NCBI GenBank assembly: GCA_963706595.1 | Contig: OY970166.1 | Coordinates: 3,456,001-3,520,000, forward strand | Reading direction: 5' to 3' | Source of the DNA: an uncultured cyanobacterium | Lineage (GTDB): Bacteria; Cyanobacteriota; Cyanobacteriia; Cyanobacteriales; Nostocaceae | Length of the DNA stretch: 64,000 bases | Shown: positions 1 to 7,781 of the stretch, piece by piece | Layout of the letters: each line of letters begins with the position of its first letter | Position numbering within the stretch: the first letter of the stretch is position 1 | Made by a program: the position numbers and the translations under genes | The notes under the pieces: model-generated | What the model saw: the letters and a program-made list of their open reading frames with translations, nothing else | Told to the model about the DNA's origin: nothing | Databases searched by the model: none

Positions 1-743
1 TGATGCTTTCGGGCTTTATCGTTTAAGAGATTACCCACCTTACAGATGCAAATATCTCCGGCGGGATGACCGTATTGATCATTATAAAATTTAAAAAAAT
101 CAATATCACACAAAATCAGCGATAAAGGAGATTGTTCCTGTGCGGAATTAATCCACTGAGTATTAAGATAATAGTCAAAGCGACGACGATTAGCCAGCCC
201 AGTTAGCCCGTCTACGTTGGCAAGATGCTGCAAAGCCAGATTTGCCGCTTCTAACTGTTTATATACTTGTGCTTGTTGCAACAGTTTTCGTAATCGTTGA
301 CGCAGGACTGCCAAATGAATTGGCTTAGTCAAGAAATCTGTTGCTCCAGCATCAAAAGCACGGTTGACAGATTCCTGGTCATCCAAACTTGTAATCATCA
401 ATATAGGAGTGCGTTCCCATAAATTTGAGATCACAGTATTACCCAAAGGAGATTCAGTATCAAGATTGTCCAGTGCTGTCATCAAATTGTTTCTGGCAAT
501 TTGCAGCAATTTTTTACAGCAAGTAAAGCCATCCATCACCGGCATGATTGCATCTAGTAACACTATATCCGGTTTGACAGTTTGATAAGTATCTAAACAC
601 TGCTGACCATCAGCAGCCTCAACGACTCGATAACCTTCTTTTTCCATAGCTTCACGCAAAAGTAATCGGATGGTCTTGTCATCATCAGCCACCAGAATCA
701 CCGGAGGTTGCTTAGATAGAAAAAATGGGCTTATGCCTGACAT
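1..743 (-). CDS. REC-GGDEF response regulator / diguanylate cyclase, 3' part beyond the window edge
   Basis: Manual translation from the ATG at 743: MSGISPFFLSKQPPVILVADDD...LLDAIMPVMDG...DFLTKP (receiver domain), then LANVDGLTGLANRRRFD...LILCDIDFFKFYNDQYGHPAGD (start of a GGDEF domain). Absent from the ORF track because it runs off the edge. Confidence 0.9.
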   Translation of the reverse strand, partial: MSGISPFFLSKQPPVILVADDDKTIRLLLREAMEKEGYRVVEAADGQQCLDTYQTVKPDIVLLDAIMPVMDGFTCCKKLLQIARNNLMTALDNLDTESPLGNTVISNLWERTPILMITSLDDQESVNRAFDAGATDFLTKPIHLAVLRQRLRKLLQQAQVYKQLEAANLALQHLANVDGLTGLANRRRFDYYLNTQWINSAQEQSPLSLILCDIDFFKFYNDQYGHPAGDICICKVGNLLNDKARKH

Positions 744-1150
744 GAGTTGCGTTCCACTGAAAATGAGAATATTGGGTTGGGGAAAATTTGAAAACCCTCA
801 CCCTCATCAGTAAATCGCCTGCGGGGGAGAGTACTTTTAAAGTAGTTAAAAATGTAGCAACAAAATTGATGATTCAGTTGCTTTGTGTGCTTGAGACCAG
901 TAAAAATTGTGATTTCAAATAGATAGATTTATTTTTATTACAAAAGATAGGTGACTTTAGATGAAAAATATCAGTATACTACCTAAGACTGTACCGAAGT
1001 ATTAAATATAGATGAGTTAGCTGGGCAGAGAACGCTGATATTAGTCCGTAACAACACAGACTGTACCGATTATTTTTCCACAAAATCGGCTAAAAAAAGT
1101 CATTTCGCCATTCTATCTAAAAATTCCCACTTATTGCTAAGTTTTCTTAA

Positions 1151-1411
1151 ATGCCAGACTCACTAATGTATCAGCAGGACAATTTTGTTGTTCTAGAAAC
1201 AGACCAACCAGAACAATTTCTCACAACCAATGAATTATTGGACAAACTCAAGCTCGTGCTACAAAAAATGAGTCATCAGGAATTGCCCATAGATTTACAA
1301 AAATTTGATTCTCTAGATGCTCAAGCCCAATATTTAATTGACACCAGTTGTGAATTAGATGTTGGGACAGGAAGATATTTACAGTGGTACGCAGTCCGAT
1401 TGGAAAAATAG
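1151..1411 (+). CDS. crr7: Chlororespiratory reduction 7 (CRR7) family NDH assembly factor
   Basis: 86 aa; MPDSLMYQQDNFVVLE...EQFLT..ELL and C-terminal LIDTSCEL...LQWYAVRLEK typical of CRR7. Confidence 0.85.
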   Translation: MPDSLMYQQDNFVVLETDQPEQFLTTNELLDKLKLVLQKMSHQELPIDLQKFDSLDAQAQYLIDTSCELDVGTGRYLQWYAVRLEK

Positions 1412-1479
1412 TCTTAAACTCAGGGCTTAAGCATATTTTGAATCAGCTTCTGCCCATAACTGGGTGACTGTCTAGGGTA

Positions 1480-1509
1480 TTGAAGTGAGGACTTAAGTCC
1501 TCACTTCAA
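1480..1509. repeat. Perfect 30-bp palindrome between convergent genes (REP-like / bidirectional terminator)
   Basis: TTGAAGTGAGGACTT-AAGTCCTCACTTCAA. Confidence 0.8.
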
Positions 1510-1513
1510 GCCT

Positions 1514-2071
1514 TTAATTATTTACTGCTGGTTGAGTAATAATTGTTAACTCAATCATATCTTCTCCAACTTCAGCAATTTTAATATCTACTCCAGGTCC
1601 AAAATACCTCGTCATTTTCTCGTGTTTTTCCTGCCAATCATCAAATGAAATGAACGGCGAATCAAATTCTAAAATTAAGGCATAAGCCCCATTAATTTCC
1701 GTTTCTCGCAAACCTGTAACCTCTGGGCGATCTTCATCTGTGGGACTCAGGCCAAGATAAGATAGAGCTTCATCTAAATGAGCTTCCTGACCATAGCAGT
1801 ATCGAGTTATATCCTTGCGAATTTTATTTTGAGTGACAGTTGCTTGCTGTTCCCGCAAGAGTAATACTGATGGCGTTGTATCTTCGCTGAAGGGTATGGG
1901 TAGAATCTCATTGGCTTTGAGCGCCAGTCCTCCTAGAAAAAGAGGAAACCCATAAAAAAACCCGACAAGATTAAGCGTGGCATTATCAGCAGCATAGGCG
2001 ACGAAGCCAACAATGATTAATATACCGCCGATGGTTAAACCGATAGTCCCCAAAGAAATTTTACGTAACAT
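1514..2071 (-). CDS. DUF2854 family membrane protein
   Basis: Two N-terminal TM segments, GFFYGFPLFLGGLALK, RYCYGQEAHLD and YFGPG motifs. Confidence 0.8.
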   Translation of the reverse strand: MLRKISLGTIGLTIGGILIIVGFVAYAADNATLNLVGFFYGFPLFLGGLALKANEILPIPFSEDTTPSVLLLREQQATVTQNKIRKDITRYCYGQEAHLDEALSYLGLSPTDEDRPEVTGLRETEINGAYALILEFDSPFISFDDWQEKHEKMTRYFGPGVDIKIAEVGEDMIELTIITQPAVNN

Positions 2072-2243
2072 GAGCTGAGGATTTTATAAATTCTTAACAT
2101 CTTAGTTTTATTATCATCGCTTATTGGTTACAAGTTAAGGAAGAGTGACTTCCTATTCCCCTGATGCAAATGCGATTAATCGCGTCTCTACGCCATTTTG
2201 GGTTAACTTTAAAATTGAGGCTATTTCTAGACGGGAAAAAATA

Positions 2244-2426
2244 ATGGATTTACAGACTATTAAAGAACGAATTGCGGTAGTTCAAAGCAAACGCGAGTAC
2301 CTACTCAGCCTTTTAGAGCAGCCCAACTTAGGAACTTTGAGAATTGATGTCAACCAGGCTTTGGAAGAGATGGATGATTTAATTGAGGAATTTCAACGGA
2401 CTATTCCAGAAACAGATAATAACTAG
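2244..2426 (+). CDS. Small conserved helical hypothetical protein (60 aa)
   Basis: MDLQTIKERIA...LEQPNLGTLRIDVNQALEEMDDLIEEF; ATG at 2244 preferred over the ORF-track start, which overlaps a REP element. Confidence 0.75.
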   Translation: MDLQTIKERIAVVQSKREYLLSLLEQPNLGTLRIDVNQALEEMDDLIEEFQRTIPETDNN

Positions 2427-2516
2427 GCTTAATTAGGTATACTAAAACACATAACAGCGCCAATATAACCGTAGATTAGCGGTGACATGAGCGCTGTTTT
2501 TCTATAGATATAGCTG

Positions 2517-2593
2517 GGGAGTAGGGAGTGGGGAGTAGGGAGTAGGGAGTAGGGAGTAGGGAGTGGGGAGTGGGGAGTGGGGAGTAGGGAGTG
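2517..2593. repeat. STRR heptamer tandem repeat (GGGAGTR)x11
   Basis: 11 consecutive GGGAGTA/GGGAGTG units counted directly. Confidence 0.95.
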
Positions 2594-2626
2594 GGTTAAA
2601 ACCCGAATGGTGTCTAAGTTTGATTA

Positions 2627-2773
2627 GGGACTGCCAAATAAAAAAACACTGAACCACCTAACGTAAAAAATCTCTCAAACCCTGATTCCTCTGTGTCCTC
2701 TGCGCCTCTGTGGTACGCGCTACGCGCAAGCTACGCTAACGTTAATCCGGATAATTTATTTATTGGAAGTCCC
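2627..2773. mobile_element. 147-bp MITE with GGGAC terminal inverted repeats and a TTA target-site duplication
   Basis: Left end GGGACTGCCAAATAAA, right end (reverse complement) GGGACTTCCAATAAAT; TTA at 2624-2626 and 2774-2776. Confidence 0.75.
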
Positions 2774-2886
2774 TTATCCGTTTATGTCTTAACCTCCTTG
2801 GCGGTTGCTATATTTTCCAGGTTTCCGACTTGAAAGCAGCCAGGGCTAAAAGTTCACAACAATTTGGCAGCTTCACCTGTTTTTAG

Positions 2887-3291
2887 TTAAGCATTTCCGG
2901 CACTTTCCCCTAATTGCCTGACCAAAGCAATCAGTTCATTTGTGGGAACATCTTTTTGGCAAAAATTATCAAAATTAGGCATGGACTGAGCATTCAAAAA
3001 ATTCACATTTTCCACCGAGGAATAAGCCAGTATTTGAGTCTGGGGAGATATTGCTTTGATATGACTAGACGCAATCCACCCATCCATAACTGGCATTTGT
3101 AAATCTAAAACAATGACATCAGGTTGGCAGCTCTTAACCATTTCTATAGCTTCTTGACCATTGCTAGCTAACCCAACTACTTGGAGGTTTTCTTGAGCAG
3201 AAAAAGCTAGTTGTAAAGTTAAACGTGTAAGTTCATGATCATCGACCACTAGAACACGTAATGTCGTAGATTTACAAGAAAGCATTAACAT
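2887..3291 (-). CDS. Single-domain response regulator (NarL-type receiver)
   Basis: RVLVVDDH...DVIVLDLQMPVMDG; no output domain. Confidence 0.9.
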   Translation of the reverse strand: MLMLSCKSTTLRVLVVDDHELTRLTLQLAFSAQENLQVVGLASNGQEAIEMVKSCQPDVIVLDLQMPVMDGWIASSHIKAISPQTQILAYSSVENVNFLNAQSMPNFDNFCQKDVPTNELIALVRQLGESAGNA

Positions 3292-3447
3292 TTAAGGAAA
3301 TAAAAAATAGAGGCAATAACCCCTACAGTTTACGGGAAGACGCATTAACAATCACTCTATCTTACGGTTGAAAAATTGTCTTGAAGCTGATTAATTCATG
3401 AGAACAGGGGCAAAAAAATCAGATTTTGTGGATAGAACTTAATCTAT

Positions 3448-5679
3448 CTACTTGTCTGTGTAATAGTAACTTTTTTTGGCATCAATCAGGTTTGAGGCTA
3501 TACCAGTCGAACGTAATGCCATATTGATCAGAGTTTTTTGTGAATTAGTTTCTGGACAATCTACGGCTTCCCCAGTAACGCTATCACCTGGACGGCGCTG
3601 GATATAACTACCATCAGTTTGTAATTCCCAGGCTTGACGATTATCTGCTAACAGAATTCCCAAAATTTCTTGCAAATCTTTAGCAATATCTGGGTCTTTG
3701 ATGGGGGTAATTACTTCAACTCGGCGATCTAAGTTGCGACGCATCCAATCAGCACTGCCAATATAAATTTCTTCTTGTTCATTATTATGGAAATAATAGA
3801 TGCGAGAATGTTCTAAGAAGCGGCCGATAATGCTGATGACGCGAATATTTTCACTGATGTTTTTGAGTCCTGGACGTAAACAGCAAATACCGCGAATGAT
3901 CAGATCAATTTGCACTCCAGCGCGAGAAGCTTCGTATAAAGCGGCGATAATTTGGGGGTCTACCAGGGAATTCATTTTGGCAACGATGCGCCCAGAAAAG
4001 CCATTTTCGACATTTTCTATTTCACGACGAATTAATTCCAAAAAGCGATCGCGCATATTTACAGGTGCAACTAGCACTTCTCGATATGATTTTTGCCGAG
4101 AATAGCCTGTTAAAAAGTTAAATAAATCTGTAATATCTGCACCCAATTCTTCGCGACAGCTAAACAATCCCAAATCTGTATACAAACGCGCTGTTTTAGG
4201 ATTATAATTTCCAGTCCCTATATGCACATAGCGGCGCATCCGGTCTTTTTCTCTTCGCACCACCATGACGGTTTTGCAGTGAGTTTTTAGCCCTACTAAA
4301 CCATAAACAACGTGAACGCCGACTCTTTCTAAACTCCGCGCCCAGTAAATATTATTTTCTTCATCAAACCGCGCCTTTAATTCCACTAACACAGATACTT
4401 GCTTGCCATTTTCTGCCGCAGCAATCAGGGCTTTGACTATGGGCGAGTCTCCAGAAGTGCGGTAAAGGGTCATTTTGATCGCCAGCACATTCGGGTCATG
4501 GGCTGCATGGGTAATAAAGCGCACCACTGTTGAGGAGAAGGATTGATAGGGATGATGTACCAACAAATCCTTTTCTCGAATGACTGCAAAAAAGTCTTGA
4601 CCTTCTTCTAATTCCGAAGCATCTGGGCTTAAACTCGGTTCTCTCAACCTTTGCAAACGGGAAGGAACTACAGACTGGCGTGGTGGTTCTTTGAGTTCGG
4701 GTAATGGCAAAGCCATAAAATACATTAAGTCCCGGAGTCCTAAAAGACCATCAACTTCGTAGACATCATTTTCTGTTAAGTCTAAATCTTGCAATAACCG
4801 CGAACGTATTGGATCTGGGGTGTGGGATTTAATTTCTAGTCTGACGGGAGTCCCACCCATGCGACGTTTGCGGAGTTCTTGTTCAATGGCTAATAGCAGA
4901 TCATCTGCTTCATCTTCTTCTAAAGCTAGATCGGCATCACGGGTAATGCGGAAGGGATGATATTCTTGGATATTCATGCCTGGAAATAGAAACTCCAGGT
5001 TATGTGCGATCGCCTGTTCTAAGGGTACACCAGTCCAGTGAGCCGTTTGTCCAGTTTCAGAAGTTCCTAACTCTGGTGGTAAAGGCAAAAATCGCGGTAG
5101 CACACTGGGGACTTTCACCCTAGCAAAAAATTCTTCTTCGGTGTCGGGATTTTTGACCACAACTGCCAAATTCAGGCTGAGATTAGAAATAAAGGGAAAG
5201 GGATGGCTAGGGTCAACCGCTAAGGGAGTCAGAACTGGAAAGATTTGCTCTTTAAAGTAGTTATCTAAATAAGTCCGTTGTTTTTGATTTAAATTAATAT
5301 AGTCCAGTATGTGGATACGATGACTAGCTAGCAGGGGTTGTAGAACTTCTTCAAATTGCTGGTGCTGTTTGATAAACAGAGGACTGAGGGTTGATCTAAC
5401 GTCGTCTAGCTGTTTTTGTGGTGTGCGACCATCAGGCGTTAACTGGGCAACTTTCGCTTCTACTTGTTGTTTTAAAGCTGCAACCCTCACCATAAAGAAT
5501 TCATCTAAATTGGCACTAAAGATGGCCAAAAATTTTAATCGTTCTAAAAGCAGTGTCCGAGGGTCACAGGCTTCGTGCAGTACGCGACTGTTAAATTCTA
5601 ACCAGCTTAACTCGCGGTTAATGTAATATTGCGGATCGTTCAAATCAATGGGATTGGTGTTCTTCTTTGATTTCGCCAT
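3448..5679 (-). CDS. ppk1: Polyphosphate kinase 1
   Basis: YINRELSWLEFNSRVL, VHHPYQSF, ELKARFDEENN, GTGNYN, GRFLEHSR, GSADWM.RNL; likely start MAKSKK at 5679. Confidence 0.97.
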   Translation of the reverse strand: MAKSKKNTNPIDLNDPQYYINRELSWLEFNSRVLHEACDPRTLLLERLKFLAIFSANLDEFFMVRVAALKQQVEAKVAQLTPDGRTPQKQLDDVRSTLSPLFIKQHQQFEEVLQPLLASHRIHILDYINLNQKQRTYLDNYFKEQIFPVLTPLAVDPSHPFPFISNLSLNLAVVVKNPDTEEEFFARVKVPSVLPRFLPLPPELGTSETGQTAHWTGVPLEQAIAHNLEFLFPGMNIQEYHPFRITRDADLALEEDEADDLLLAIEQELRKRRMGGTPVRLEIKSHTPDPIRSRLLQDLDLTENDVYEVDGLLGLRDLMYFMALPLPELKEPPRQSVVPSRLQRLREPSLSPDASELEEGQDFFAVIREKDLLVHHPYQSFSSTVVRFITHAAHDPNVLAIKMTLYRTSGDSPIVKALIAAAENGKQVSVLVELKARFDEENNIYWARSLERVGVHVVYGLVGLKTHCKTVMVVRREKDRMRRYVHIGTGNYNPKTARLYTDLGLFSCREELGADITDLFNFLTGYSRQKSYREVLVAPVNMRDRFLELIRREIENVENGFSGRIVAKMNSLVDPQIIAALYEASRAGVQIDLIIRGICCLRPGLKNISENIRVISIIGRFLEHSRIYYFHNNEQEEIYIGSADWMRRNLDRRVEVITPIKDPDIAKDLQEILGILLADNRQAWELQTDGSYIQRRPGDSVTGEAVDCPETNSQKTLINMALRSTGIASNLIDAKKSYYYTDK

Positions 5680-5816
5680 GACGATCTCAGGGTAGCCAGA
5701 TGAGTTAATACAGCTGGGGGACAATAAATATAGTAGATGAAAGTGGCTATGGACGTAAGAGGGAAATTGTTTCTGGCTGTCTCACACGCGAAGGCTCAAC
5801 CGCCCGTATATTTACA

Positions 5817-5907
5817 TATAGCAATAGCCTGGGCGGTTAGGACATGAAAAAACTTCAAAACCAATTCACAGCCAGCATTTCACCTTTGAATTTTGACTTT
5901 GGCTACA
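5817..5907. repeat. Degenerate TATAGC-type miniature element
   Basis: Starts TATAGCAATAGCCTGGGCGGTTAGGACAT, similar to the end of the 2509-2812 element; ends GGCTACA. Confidence 0.45.
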
Positions 5908-6145
5908 CCATCCCATAAAAATCATTACAGTAAATACGAAACTTATAAAGTTTGGACAAAGAATTAAAATATTTTTTTACGTATCATTTCTGGTTACCAT
6001 GTTTTAAAAAGAGAGTTAAATTAGTTACACCAATGAAAGATGAGTCCTGAAAAGCTTCAGTAAAGCAAATTTTACAGATTTATCGAATTTATTGGTGGTA
6101 CAAATTTTGACAAACCCCTTAGAAAAATTAAGTAGTACATTGATT

Positions 6146-6563
6146 ATGAAACTCAAAGCAAAAATTGCGATCGCTCTAGTTGCAGCTACCACCAGTGTTT
6201 TTGGTCTAGGTTCTGGCGCGATCGCTGGTGAAGGTGGTGCTGCTGGTTCTGCTGCATTTACAATCGACGGTGATGGTGATGTCAGAGGTGTTGCTGTAGC
6301 TGCTGCGATCGGTAAAAACGATGCTTCATCCTATGCTTTTCAAGAAGACGGTAGAAACGTAGCAGACTGCTTTAGGTTCTGCTGGTGTTATCGATGTGGA
6401 CAACATACCAGGTGATGATGTTACCATGTATGGTGGTGAAGACCCAGAACTGGGAACCCCCCAAGCCAACAGCCTGACAAGTTCCACAATCCTGACAATC
6501 GGTAGTGTAATCGGATCTCCTCTATTAGTCCCTGATCGTGGAGACTTAGTTTTTGTCAAATAA
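6146..6563 (+). CDS. Secreted Gly/Ala-rich small protein, paralog A (+1 frameshift near 6365)
   Basis: Signal peptide MKLKAKIAIALVAATTSVFGLGSGAIA then GEGGAAGSAAFTI...AAAIGKNDA; removing one base at gcaGActgct restores AALGSAGVIDV...DPELGTPQAN...FVK*, colinear with paralog B. Confidence 0.8.
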
Positions 6564-6677
6564 TAGTTACCTTATAGCCTGTGGATAGTCCTAATTAACT
6601 ATTAAGGCTATGTCAGCTATTAACACAAACCTTTTTAAATAAAAGCTACCAGACATCAAACTGGTGCTAAATCAATT

Positions 6678-6702
6678 AAGGCTGCCTTTGCAGCCTTTGT
6701 TT
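6678..6702 (+). terminator. Probable intrinsic terminator after paralog A
   Basis: AAGGCTGC-CTTT-GCAGCCTT followed by TGTTT. Confidence 0.55.
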
Positions 6703-7153
6703 ATATATATGGGACTTACTCACTGTACAAGTTAAATGAAACGGTATATTTAATATCTATTTATTAAAAGTTCATATTTTCTGCTAAAAATTTCTATATT
6801 TCTTGATAAACATAGTGTTCATACAATCTTTGACTCCGCTATATTCGATGAAATAGCAAAAAACTGATATGAACATATAGCAATCACATTCCTGTCGTGA
6901 AAAACCTATCAGGATCATTTACAGCAGTTCGGGAAATTTCCCACAAATAAATTAATTAATTATTTAATCTTGTGGGGTGGACATTGTTACCACGGCAATT
7001 CTCAGGATATCTACCATCACAAAAAACATTCACATACTTTGTTATTTGGACATCTCTCAGCATAATTAATGACTAACAATCACTTCATCAGTTGTGTGCT
7101 GATTGCTATAGCCAGTCTAAAGTTTTTGCTAAATAACTAATAATGAAATACAA

Positions 7154-7561
7154 GTGATGAATCCTACAAACAAACTAGCCATCTCCTTATTTGTTGTTTT
7201 TGCTAGTGTCTTTGGGTTAGCAACTCAAACCCTAGCTGGTGAAGGTGGCGCTGCTGGAGCAGTAGCATTCACAATTGAGTCTGGGATGGTGACAGGTGTT
7301 GCTCAAGCCGCAGCAATTGGTAAAAATGATGCCGCCGCCACTGCTTTTAACATTTTGAGTATCTCTGGTAGTAGAACCAATTCAGCTGCTGCACTAGGTT
7401 CTGCTGGTGCAATCACTATTAGTAATCTGGGTAATTCGGCAGGTGTTCAAATGGTAGGTACAGCAGACCCAGCACTTCACACAGCACAGCTAAATCAGTT
7501 TGGTTCAAGTGTAACTATCAATCTGGGAACTTCCAGTGGAGACCAACTGATCAACTTTTAG
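7154..7561 (+). CDS. Secreted Gly/Ala-rich small protein, paralog B
   Basis: Signal peptide ending TLA, then GEGGAAGAVAFTI...AAAIGKNDA...AAALGSAG; start may be the ATG at 7157. Confidence 0.85.
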   Translation: MMNPTNKLAISLFVVFASVFGLATQTLAGEGGAAGAVAFTIESGMVTGVAQAAAIGKNDAAATAFNILSISGSRTNSAAALGSAGAITISNLGNSAGVQMVGTADPALHTAQLNQFGSSVTINLGTSSGDQLINF

Positions 7562-7612
7562 CTAAACTTCACTCAAGTAGTGAACTGACACAGTTAAAAT
7601 AGTGCATTAGGT

Positions 7613-7643
7613 GTAGGTTGGGTTGACGTAAGGAAACCCAACA
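7613..7643 (+). repeat. GTAG-type REP palindrome
   Basis: GTAG-GTTGGGTT-gacgtaagga-AACCCAAC between convergent genes. Confidence 0.65.
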
Positions 7644-7781
7644 TCCTCGCCAGCATTATTCAGTGATGCCTACAGCACAAGAGTTGTTAGCCGAGCTTTT
7701 GCATCGGCGTTTATCTGCGCTTTGTCACCTCTAGATAAAAGAACTATTTTAGGCTTGTCAGTCCACCACATTCAGAGCAAA

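Larger units (their letters stand above)
2509..2812. mobile_element. TATAGC...GCTATA-bounded miniature element containing an STRR array and a nested MITE
   Basis: Terminal TATAGC/GCTATA; one end (TATAGCAACCGCCAAGGAGGTTAAGACAT on - strand) resembles 5817-5847 (TATAGCAATAGCCTGGGCGGTTAGGACAT). Confidence 0.6.

Noticed and set aside
2517..2593. Possible CRISPR array or telomere-like repeat
   Set aside because: Contiguous 7-bp units with no spacers, i.e. an ordinary cyanobacterial STRR. No repeat-spacer array or cas gene was seen anywhere in the window.
6092..6415. Cys-rich C-terminus (DCFRFCWCYRC) suggesting a RiPP precursor or metal-binding peptide
   Set aside because: Out-of-frame product of the +1 indel near 6365; the corrected frame aligns with the paralog at 7154-7561.
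6931..7056. Third, highly decayed GGGAC-TIR MITE between the two secreted paralogs
   Set aside because: The ends only loosely match the TIRs and no target duplication is evident; too weak to list as a feature.
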